Of a stretch of DNA of 64,000 nucleotides, positions 13,914 to 23,600 are shown piece by piece. The stretch spans positions 1 to 64,000 of the forward strand of contig NW_003314430.1 in NCBI RefSeq assembly GCF_000143415.4. Reading direction: 5' to 3'. Source of the stretch: Selaginella moellendorffii (Eukaryota; Plantae; Lycopodiophyta). Position numbers and translations under genes: made by a program. Below the pieces are notes generated by a model. The model was not told the origin of the DNA. It ran no database searches and saw only the letters and a program-made list of their open reading frames with translations. Each line of letters starts with the position of its first letter. Within the stretch, counting starts at the first letter, position 1.

Positions 13914-14715
13914 ATTTCATCCCTTGTTAATGTCCAGCTGGATAACAATAAGATGACAAACCTGAACACCGGGAGTGGCGTGCTCACTCTTTCGTAAGCG
14001 TCTGTTCCAGCATGTTTTTCATCTTATTTGTGGTGAATGTTACTGCAGCCTGGCAGGGAATCCAGTTTGTGATGGCAGTAGGCTTTGTGCCTCCCTTGCC
14101 GCGCTGCTGGAGGAGGGACGCCGATGAGCTTCTTCTACTGGGAGGCATGATGCCGGATGCCCGAAATCCCTATCCTGAGCTACTCTGCCTATCCACAGTG
14201 ATATTTCGCGGCGCCGGAGCTCGATGCTTGCATAATACGCGATCCAGATGCTTCAAATCCTCGCCGCCTCTCCCAATGGAGCTAGATCGATCGCCTTGAA
14301 GATCATCCACCGCATTGCCTTGCCCAAATCTGGATGGGATTCGCGGCGCACCCCTGCATTGTATCCAAAATCTGGAGCGACGCGCCTGCGATTCATGGCG
14401 GCGGAAGGGATAGCGCAATCCCTAATGCGATGGAGGAGGAGAGGGGAGAGAAGAAGAGGAGAAAGAGGCTCACTGTCCCGTTTCTCCCAAAAACCATGCA
14501 CCACATTGAGCTGCTTGTCAAGCGTCCGGCAATCCACGCCGTCCAGAGGGGGCCCGCGTGCGTGGCACACACTCGTGCGTCGGATGGAGAGCAGGTACTG
14601 GTCGTTGGATCCAAAGGGCCCCGAGACAACCGCAACCGCTCAACGCAGACATGCCGTCCCGCAACATAATACCCAAGGGTTCCTTCCGCGAACCAACGGT
14701 CCGAGGAGCGCAATT
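13914..14715 (-). other. ~800-bp GC-rich insertion resembling a captured gene 5' region, present only in this copy of the unit
   Basis: Absent at the equivalent sites of copies 2 and 3, flanked by GCAATT on both sides, with a CT-rich UTR-like tract on the minus strand (~14435-14470). Confidence 0.6.
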
Positions 14716-14736
14716 AAGTTCTATTAGTTGTCTGAT

Positions 14737-14808
14737 GTCATTGTAGTATAGTGGTGAGTATTTCCGCCTGTCACGCGGACGACCTGGGTTCGATCCCCGG
14801 CAACGGCG
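14737..14808 (+). tRNA. tRNA-Asp(GTC), variant with an A4:C acceptor-stem mismatch and a G:U pair in the T stem
   Basis: 72-nt cloverleaf matching plant cytosolic tRNA-Asp. Anticodon arm TCCGC-CTGTCAC-GCGGA, B box GGTTCGATCC. Confidence 0.88.
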
Positions 14809-14868
14809 AGATTAATCAATTGGATTTATAAGTAATAACAAAACCATAACAATTTATTTAAGGTATTT

Positions 14869-15912
14869 CTATGCATGCATTTGCTGAAAGGGACAACGTA
14901 ATCCTCCATCGTAGTATGGTCCAATCTTGCCGGATTTCAGCACTCCCAGCTCCGCCAGCTTGTATCCCTTCTCAAATGCTGGTGGCCGATACACATTCAC
15001 GTTGAGCTGCCGGTACTCTTCCGGATTGGCAGCGGGATTAGGACACCAGTCCACCTCAATGCTGCCCTTCGCATCCTCCACACGTCTGGGAGGCATAAAT
15101 GCGGACACGCAGCTCCCGGCCAGCAGCTTGAACGCACCCAAGATGATCCACTCCACGATCACGGGGGGCTTTTCCAATCCAACAGCGCTCCTGATTGTGG
15201 GATCGATGAGCGCGCAGATCCCAGTCTCTACCAGCGGCTGCACGGGCTGAGGAAACGCGTCCAGCACCAGATGCTTGAGATCCTGGACGATGCTCTTGTT
15301 CTTGTCCGTGAAGATGGCGTTCTTGGCCTCGTACTCGCGAATGTACTCTCGCATCTCGGAAATGCTGTCTGGGATGTTTGTGATGCCCATCCTCACGCCC
15401 ACGTCGTGCCACACAACATACGCGGCCTCCTTCTCGTTGTCGGTCCACTTGCGGAATCCAAACTTCTCGGAGAAATCAATGGGACTGATCACGTTGAGGC
15501 AGAGGACGTAGGCGAATTGGTCGTTTGGGATCTTGAATTTGTTGTGGATTCCATTCAATCTCCTCACCGCGTACGAGCCGCGATCGCTGTCGACGTGGTG
15601 GTGGATCATCTCGCTCACCAGAATGTTGGTCTCGGCAGCGCGCTTCTCGGGATCCTTGAGGCCGTACTTGGTCTTGAAGAGCAGATTTGTGATCCCGGGG
15701 ATGCCCAGCGTGCGGATGGTGCCAAACTCGAGCGCCTTTTGTGAGAGGAAGGGGAATTCCACCGAGTACATATACCACAAGATCTTGTGGGCATCTCTCA
15801 CGGGGTGGAGTGACGCTAGAAATCTCGCTCTCTCTTTTCTCTTGCCAATGCACACCATCTTCCATGCTGCAGCCATCACGAGCAACACGATCGTCAACAA
15901 GATTGCAGCCAT
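14869..15912 (-). CDS. MpaB/DUF2236 family (rubber-oxygenase/Lcp-like) membrane-anchored oxygenase, copy 1
   Basis: 347-aa intronless ORF with an N-terminal hydrophobic anchor and motifs EFPF..KALEFG.IRT.GIP.I..LL, KR..ET, RLNGIH, I.ND.F.YVL, R.WTD.E..A....W..VG.RMGI. TATA box at 16007-16013. Confidence 0.85.
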   Translation of the reverse strand: MAAILLTIVLLVMAAAWKMVCIGKRKERARFLASLHPVRDAHKILWYMYSVEFPFLSQKALEFGTIRTLGIPGITNLLFKTKYGLKDPEKRAAETNILVSEMIHHHVDSDRGSYAVRRLNGIHNKFKIPNDQFAYVLCLNVISPIDFSEKFGFRKWTDNEKEAAYVVWHDVGVRMGITNIPDSISEMREYIREYEAKNAIFTDKNKSIVQDLKHLVLDAFPQPVQPLVETGICALIDPTIRSAVGLEKPPVIVEWIILGAFKLLAGSCVSAFMPPRRVEDAKGSIEVDWCPNPAANPEEYRQLNVNVYRPPAFEKGYKLAELGVLKSGKIGPYYDGGLRCPFQQMHA

Positions 15913-16385
15913 TCTGAAATGGTTGCGTTGTGAAAACTGTTTGATCTAAAATCTGTGCGTGCAAAAGAAAGAACTAGGTTGGTGAAACATGGGCAAGAGA
16001 AGGGGTATTTATACCAGTGATCCAACAGAGATCACATTTCACGTTTTCTATTCATGTAGCACTAACGTGCACGCTGTTTGATCTGTGCTTTCTTTCAGCC
16101 ACACACTTAACATCAATCAAAAAATCTATAGTCCCCTTATTGTACGTTTACAACATGTGGTCTATGCAATTTTTGGGTCACAAGTACACTCTATTTATTG
16201 TGGTTCAGGGTGATGCGCTCGCGAGATTCTGCGCACGAACACAGCTCAGGTGATGTGCTGGTATGCACGTAACCAGTATGTCCCATAAGTTGCACGTTTT
16301 CCATTCCATGCCGGTCCTACGAAAACCTTTACACATCCTTGTTTATGATGCACAATTCAACGACAAATCACTTGCAAGCTTATAC

Positions 16386-16558
16386 TATTGGAGATGTACG
16401 CTCCCCATAACATGAGAGGTCTACATGGCATGTGGTGCTACCACATAGATCCATGTAGGCTAGAGAGAGTCACGACTCTTGAGATTGTATATGTAGAGGT
16501 ATGATGATATCTGAGTATATCCATTCATCGTCCACTATGCTTCCACTTGTTTACGACA
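16386..16558. mobile_element. Solo-LTR-like insertion upstream of oxygenase copy 1
   Basis: 173 bp with TATTGG..CGACA ends and 5-bp TSD TATAC (16381-16385 and 16559-16563). Absent from the paralogous sites at ~13120 and ~20165. Confidence 0.75.
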
Positions 16559-16670
16559 TATACTTCAGTAAGACCACCTGAAAAGAATAACATTGCCTAA
16601 CCCTTAGCATGCGATCGTTTTTTATCTACCTGGTTTGTTTACAGTCCATTTGTGCCCAATGGAGGATGCA

Positions 16671-16870
16671 ATCTTGTAGTATCTGGTGAGTATTTCCACC
16701 TGTCACCCTGGCTACTGTGCAATTTTATCTTGCATCTCAAATGTTGAATGGCAGATACTAGCTTCTGGGATTGGCAGCAGGAGTGGAACTGCCCTTGGCA
16801 TCCTCGACATTTTTACCAGCAGCTTGAACTGATTCCAGTCCACAATCACCCAGGGCTTTTCCAATGGGAT
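16671..16870 (+). pseudogene. Decayed tRNA-Asp half plus collapsed antisense oxygenase fragments
   Basis: Same module as 12849-13039; retains the CCAGCAGCTTGAAC block matching 15120-15133. Confidence 0.75.
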
Positions 16871-18039
16871 TGCCACAATAGGGTCTCCCCAAGCAAAACA
16901 ATTGCCAAACTTTTTCTTTCTCTGTCTTTGAATCTATTATCTCAAAGGTCTCCAGCCCATATGTTCGGCAGTCAGTTCTTTGCTTGATTGTCCACTAATA
17001 ATGAATTATTATTCACTTTACTGGTTTCATAACGGTCTAGAGAGAGAGTAGCCTCAGCCATGTGTAGCCTGGGCATCTTCCACGTCCACGTCCTTGACCT
17101 CCTGTTCGCGGACCGGGCATCGCCGGTCTGCCCAGGCCGTCACCACGCTCCGATTACGCTATGGAGATTGTGCATCTCTGGTCAGTATCTCGAAGCGTTT
17201 CTAGCCGAGTGGGTTGTAGACTGGAGGCCCGATTGTTCGAGTGATGTTTACATTGGTGAGAGATAGTATTGGAATTTTGTCTTGCGATCTGCGCCACATA
17301 GCCAGCTTTTGAATGCCAGGCTGATCCAGCTATCGGGGACAGTGGTAACTGGTTGCTGGAGGAGAGTGTCCAGATCGACGTTAAGTTTCTTTGTCCGTCG
17401 CCTACAGTCATACCACCAGCCGGTGTTGTGACTGTCTGCGAGCAACTGGGAGTCTTGAATTGCCACACACACACAGTGTCTCTGCGGGCGGTTAGGAGGA
17501 ATTGGAGTGTGTCTCTCCACGCCAGGATTTCTGTTGGCATGAGACCTGTGTCCATGCATAGCAGTCCATATGGGAATTGGTTACAGAGCCCGAATTCCGG
17601 GCACCAATACAGGAGGATCAGGGGTGCTGTAATGTGTGCGTCGCAGATCTGTCGCATCCCATCGATATATGTTCGCGTTTCGCAGACTTGCCAAAAGTTG
17701 ACGGTGTGCTCGTTGAGCAGCAGCAAGCTTAGTGTGCACTTCTACCTTCTAAGGACGTTGCTGATGCAGGGTGATGCTTGTACTGTGTTGCTCTTGTGAC
17801 ATCATGGCCTGAATATAACAGGGGGCGGGGGGGGGGGGGCCCTTCCCGAAAGCCAGCAGCTCTGTGTCAGAGTGTACTTGTGACCCAAAAATTGCATAGA
17901 CCACACGTTGTAAAAACGTACAATAAGGGGACTATAGATTTTTTTATTGTGTGGCTGAAAGAATGCACAGATCAAACAGCGTGCACGTTAGTGCTCCATG
18001 AATAAAAAATGTGAAATGTGATCTCTGTTGGATCACTGG

Positions 18040-18046
18040 TATAAAT
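18040..18046 (+). promoter_or_regulatory. TATA box of oxygenase copy 2
   Basis: TATAAAT ~100 nt upstream of the ATG, conserved in all three intact copies and changed to GATAAAT in the three truncated copies. Confidence 0.6.
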
Positions 18047-18140
18047 ACCCCTTCTCTTGCCCATGTTTCACCAACCTAGTTCTTTCTTTTGCACGCACAG
18101 ATTTTAGATCAAACAGTTTTCACAACGCAACCATTTCAGA

Positions 18141-19184
18141 ATGGCTGCAATCTTGTTGATGATCGTGTTGCTCGTGATGGCTGCAGCATGGAAGATGGTG
18201 TGCATTGGCAAGAGAAAAGAGAGAGCGAGATTTCTAGCATCACTCCACCCCGTGAGAGATGCCCACAAGATCTTGTGGTATATGTACTCGGTGGAATTCC
18301 CCTTCCTCTCACAAAAGGCGCTCGAGTTTGGCACCATCCGCACGCTGGGCATCCCCGGGATCACAAATCTGCTCTTCAAGACCAAGTACGGCCTCAAGGA
18401 TCCCGAGAAGCGCGCTGCCGAGACCAACATTCTGGTGAGCGAGATGATCCACCACCACGTCGACAGCGATCGCGGCTCGTACGCGGTGAGGAGATTGAAT
18501 GGAATCCACAACAAATTCAAGATCCCAAACGACCAATTCGCCTACGTCCTCTGCCTCAACGTGATCAGTCCCATTGATTTCTCGGAGAAGTTTGGATTCC
18601 GCAAGTGGACCGACAACGAGAAGGAGGCCGCGTATGTTGTGTGGCACGACGTGGGCGTGAGGATGGGCATCACAAACATCCCAGACAGCATTTCCGAGAT
18701 GCGAGAGTACATTCGCGAGTACGAGGCCAAGAACGCCATCTTCACGGACAAGAACAAGAGCATCGTCCAGGATCTCAAGCATCTGGTGCTGGACGCGTTT
18801 CCTCAGCCCGTGCAGCCGCTGGTAGAGACTGGGATCTGCGCGCTCATCGATCCCACAATCAGGAGCGCTGTTGGATTGGAAAAGCCCCCCGTGATCGTGG
18901 AGTGGATCATCTTGGGTGCGTTCAAGCTGCTGGCCGGGAGCTGCGTGTCCGCATTTATGCCTCCCAGACGTGTGGAGGATGCGAAGGGCAGCATTGAGGT
19001 GGACTGGTGTCCCAATCCCGCTGCCAATCCGGAAGAGTACCGGCAGCTCAACGTGAATGTGTATCGGCCACCAGCATTTGAGAAGGGATACAAGCTGGCG
19101 GAGCTGGGAGTGCTGAAATCCGGCAAGATTGGACCATACTACGATGGAGGATTACGTTGTCCCTTTCAGCAAATGCATGCATAG
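18141..19184 (+). CDS. MpaB/DUF2236 family oxygenase, copy 2
   Basis: 347 aa; differs from copy 1 only at residue 7 (M vs T). Confidence 0.85.
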   Translation: MAAILLMIVLLVMAAAWKMVCIGKRKERARFLASLHPVRDAHKILWYMYSVEFPFLSQKALEFGTIRTLGIPGITNLLFKTKYGLKDPEKRAAETNILVSEMIHHHVDSDRGSYAVRRLNGIHNKFKIPNDQFAYVLCLNVISPIDFSEKFGFRKWTDNEKEAAYVVWHDVGVRMGITNIPDSISEMREYIREYEAKNAIFTDKNKSIVQDLKHLVLDAFPQPVQPLVETGICALIDPTIRSAVGLEKPPVIVEWIILGAFKLLAGSCVSAFMPPRRVEDAKGSIEVDWCPNPAANPEEYRQLNVNVYRPPAFEKGYKLAELGVLKSGKIGPYYDGGLRCPFQQMHA

Positions 19185-19271
19185 AAATACCTTAAGTAAA
19201 GTTTTGTTATTACTTATTAATCCAATTGATCAAATAAAGTTTATAATTATAAGCATGTTTGCTCGTAATCT

Positions 19272-19343
19272 CGCCGTTGCCGGGGATCGAACCCGGGTCG
19301 TCCGCGTGACAGGCGGAAATACTCACCACTATACTACAACGAC
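19272..19343 (-). tRNA. tRNA-Asp(GTC), intact
   Basis: Reverse complement GTCGTTGTAGTATAGTGGTGAGTATTTCCGCCTGTCACGCGGACGACCCGGGTTCGATCCCCGGCAACGGCG; all stems pair. Confidence 0.96.
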
Positions 19344-19479
19344 ATCAGACAACGAATACAAAGGAAGAATTTGTATCAAGCCATTGTTTAATTGCTGAAT
19401 AGACATTTTAATACTTGATAGATTTCGTGAACTTAATATGTGTTTAAATGATTTTCTATGTCCTCCTAATGAAATTTCA

Positions 19480-20015
19480 CGAATCCACGATGGAATGTCC
19501 ATTGGTGGCTCCGGAAATGTCTGCACAGCTCTTGGGGATGACAAAAACTCCAACTCCGAGTGAGTTCCAAAGTCTTGGCCTCTTACATGACCTTCGCATA
19601 GATATCCTGCAGCAGTAGCTCAAGTAGCACAAAGCAGAGAAAACGAAAACGAACTTTACCTCGCGCAAGCTGGCTTTAATCGGTGTAGGAGCTATGACCA
19701 CACCTGGAGATTCATGCGTCTTTTGTGAGAGGAAGGGGAATTCCACCCAGTACATATACCACAAGATCTTGTGGGCATGTCTCATGGGGTGGAGTGACGC
19801 TAGAGATCTCGCTCTATCTTTTCTCTTGCCAATGCACACCATCTTCCAGCCATCATGAGCAACACGGTCATCAACAAGATTGCAGCCATTTGGAAATGAA
19901 AACTGTTTGATCGGTCCTGAAAACAGCTTTTGCTTTCTACACTCCTCTGTGGGTTATGAAACAGGGGCAGGAGAAGAGGTATTTATCCTACAGAGATCAC
20001 ATCTCACATTTTTAA
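19480..20015 (-). pseudogene. Truncated chimeric oxygenase copy (inverted relative to copy 2)
   Basis: ATG at 19889, oxygenase homology to ~19717, then the same foreign tail as 13590-13820. Confidence 0.88.
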
Positions 20016-20269
20016 TTCCATGGTTCACCATATGTTATTCCGTGCACGTAACCAGTATGTCCCATAAGTTGCACGTTTTCCATTAGCTGGTCCATGCTGG
20101 TCCTACCAAAACGTTTACACATCCTTGTTTACAATGCGCAAGTCAACGACAAATCACTTGCAAGCCTAAGACTGCCCAAAAAGAATAACATTGCCGAACC
20201 CTTAGCATGCTTTTTTACCTGGTTATCTACCTGGTTTGTTTACAGTCCATTTGTGCCCAATGGGGTGCA

Positions 20270-20460
20270 ATCTTGTAGTATCTGGTGAGTATTTCCACCT
20301 GTCACCCTAGCTACTGTGCAATTTTTCCTTGCATCTCAAATGTTGATTGGTAGATACACATTAATGGGGCAGTGGGAGTGGGACTGCCCTTGGCATCCTC
20401 CACATTTCTACCATGAACTGATTCCACTCCACAATCACCCAGGGCTTTTCCAATGGGATC
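20270..20460 (+). pseudogene. Decayed tRNA-Asp half plus collapsed antisense oxygenase fragments
   Basis: Same module as 16671-16870. Confidence 0.75.
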
Positions 20461-23413
20461 GCCACCACTGGAGCCAATCCCCAAGGAAAACAATTGCCAA
20501 ACTTTTTCTTTCTCTGTGTTTGAATCTATTATCTCGAAGGTCTCCAGCCCATTTGTTTCACCAGTCAGTTCTTGGATTGTCTCACAAATTCATGATCCAC
20601 TAATAATGAACTGTTGTGATTTTCTCCTTTTAAAATTTTCTCTAATCCGTTGCTAATTAAAGTTTAATATTATTATTCTTAATTATCACTAATAAAAATC
20701 ATGTTATTCTTAGGCCCTCTTTCTCAACAATTATAATTGAACTTTTGCCTCTACTTTTCAGTATCTTGCTCAGATGCAACTTCTACCTAAGTAAGAAACT
20801 ATACAATATTTCTGGCCACTAGAGCTTAGTCTAAAGCTTCAACCATAAAGGCACTTCTTGTTAAAATATTTCTAGTAAAATGTTTTATTTTATTAAAAAA
20901 TTTAAATAATTTTTTTTTAAAAATAATAAAGCATTATTTTCCAAAAACAATTATTACTACATAGCATAGCAAATTATCCTACAAGACTCTAAATTGTTAC
21001 CTAGGGGACTGCTAAATATGCCCTTAGTGCCCCCAGAACAACTAAGCATTTGGGCCTATACTACACAAATTCTAAGGATATAACTCAAGAGTTATTGTGT
21101 GATGGGGAGGCATATAAAATATCATCCTCTAGAAGCCTTCAATGTATGCTACAAGGTTAAAGAGGCTAGAGTAATAATAACCAAACTCTTTATGTAATCT
21201 CTTGGATTATTTTAAAGGAGTTTTTAGCTTCAAACCAATTATGTAGCCATACAATTTTTGAACTATACTCAAAATAAGGTATTGCTAGCTAGTAGTCTTC
21301 TCAAAGACAAGGAGAGTAAAAACATTGATAAAAGTGAGAGAGGGTGTAATCAAGATAAGAAAGTAATAGTAGGTGTTTGTTAGTTTTTTTTGGAGCTGGA
21401 TCTAAATAAGATTTTAACTCCATCCCAATGTAGTGTTGTCACAGTTGATACCCATGTCCAAGATATGCCTATCATAGACAATGGCAGTGAGAGTGGTGCT
21501 GTAAAAAAGCTTGACGAACAGGTGTTGTTATCTTGCTCAAGCTCACAAAGCTCATGAATGGAGAAATCCTTGTGCATGAAATTTCCAATCCAATCCCTAT
21601 ATCTCTATCTAGATTTGAACATCAACTAACCTGTGGTTACCCCATTTGAAACTTCAGTAATCTCTTACCTGTTAATTTTGCACACCACTTTATTATGAAA
21701 GCTCTTGTAGAGCGTGGTTATGGCACTGGAGAGAATGCCTATTTCCAGGCTCTAATATGGCTTTTAAAAACTCTTTTCACCAAGACAAGAATCTGTATAT
21801 TAGGATATTGCTCTAGTGGTATGGCTATTTATCACCCTAGTCCCATTTGAGCATATCATGGATGGGGACTTTCAAGTGCAACATGATAGTTTGTGTGCTT
21901 TATGAGTCAAAAAGCTAAACTTTAAACATACAACTCTCCAAGTACATTAGGAAGCTCAATGATATGTAGCTAGGTGGTCTTCTAAAATATATATATAAGT
22001 TTTAAGGTTTATTTAAAAAGGTTTATAAGGTGGCATTTCATAAAGAAAACATAGCTTTTAGTTGATTAAAGAGGATATTAAATGATTCTAGTATATGGTC
22101 TAAATATAAAAGGAAAGAGTCTATAAACAAAATGCACCCCTTTTTCAATTGGTTAAAAGTATTATGAGATTTGGGTTAAGCGTCTTTGGTTTTGAATAAT
22201 GCTAGATTGGGTTACCTCATGGGGTTGGGGTTGTATTACTTGTAACTTTATGCTCTCCTATACTTCAATACAGGTAGAGTAAAGTAATTGTAACTTTGGG
22301 CTCTCTTATACCTCAATACAGGTAGAGTAAGGTGATTGAGCTTAACTTTGGGCTCTCTTATACTTCAATATAGGTAGAGTAAGGTGATTAAGCATATATT
22401 CAATGAGCATTATTATATTGAACTCTTATACAAAAAATAGAGAGTGTAGAATATAAAAATCTCATTGCTTTTTATAAGTTTTATTTAATTGATAAATCTT
22501 TTAACAATATTTTTCCATATACCTCATTGAGCTTTTCTATCTTTGAAAGAATCAACATCTATTTGTATTATCTATGGTTCTCACTAAGAAGATAAAAAAA
22601 ATTGCACTTAAGATCCAAAGAGCAAGTAGAGTTTATAGGCTTATAAGTTTAATTCTTTTCTTCCCCCTTTTTAATCTTTAGATCGATTTTTGCTCTTGAA
22701 TTTCCCCTAGAACATATGTTAAATTCATAACATGTGGATTACCAAGTTTGACTTGGATATTTTTGCATCAAAGTTGGTTATCCTTTAGATTGAATAATAA
22801 TTTAAAGGTCTTTGGGGTATTGGAGATTGGTTGAGGATTAGATAAATGGAAAATTTATCAACTAACTATGTATAATAACTTGGTGCTTTTATACTATTTA
22901 TGCTGTATAGTTTTTGATTTAGCTTTTAAAAATCTTATTTTAAAGATGAAATTTAATGGTTGAACGTATTTGAGAAATTTTATGCACAACCACCTAGTGA
23001 GCTAGAAATATTTAACAAATCAAGCATAGAAATGGATGAAATTAGGGAAGTTCAACCACTTTTGAATGATTATGAAAGATTTTTTGTTAAAAAGATCTAA
23101 TTAATATCAAGGCAAAAAGTTTCAAAGTAAATACTAAACATTATGTGTTTTTTTCTTTTTTTGTTACTTTTAATATACAAACTTCATGCAAAGGTTTTGC
23201 TCTAGAGTTTATTGGGTTTTTAATTCAACCATGTTTTCCCCATAATGTAAATTAGATGAAGTGATCTAGACACCAAACAATTTATGCATGAGGTGCAAAG
23301 TGATCAGCTAATAAGAAAAGGTAAAAAATACTTTTTCATTTTACTTTTATTGTTTATTCTACCTGGTTATCTACCTGGTTTGTTTACAGTCCATTTGTGC
23401 CCAATGGGGTGCA

Positions 23414-23600
23414 ATCTTGTAGTATCTGGTGAGTATTTCCAGCTGTCACCCTAGCTACTGTGCAATTTTTCCTTGCATCTCCAATGTTGAATGGCAGATA
23501 CACATTATCTATGGGAATGGGACTGCCCTTGGCATCCTCTACATTTCTACCATGAACTGATTCCATTCCAAATCACCCAGGGCTTTTCCAATGGGATTGC
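23414..23600 (+). pseudogene. Decayed tRNA-Asp half plus collapsed antisense oxygenase fragments
   Basis: Same module, at the head of the second tandem unit. Confidence 0.72.

Larger units (their letters stand above)
10236..16193 (-). repeat. Left arm of a large inverted duplication (pairs with 17869-23076)
   Basis: Reverse-complement identity, e.g. ORFs 11719-11916(+) vs 21380-21577(-) and 13203-13409(-) vs 19880-20086(+), plus the oxygenase genes. Confidence 0.93.
17869..23076 (+). repeat. Right arm of the large inverted duplication
   Basis: Reverse complement of 10236-16193 apart from the 13914-14715 insertion and small indels. Confidence 0.93.

Noticed and set aside
14927-15964. Many overlapping and antisense ORFs over the oxygenase, dehydrogenase, peroxidase and 60-61 kb genes
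   Set aside because: Shadow ORFs expected from high GC3. Their recurrence reflects the recent duplication, not selection.
17154-17799. 148-190 aa ORFs upstream of oxygenase copies 2 and 3
   Set aside because: Non-ATG starts, no recognisable motif, and stops differ between copies. Possibly a decayed gene or TE fragment, but not supportable.
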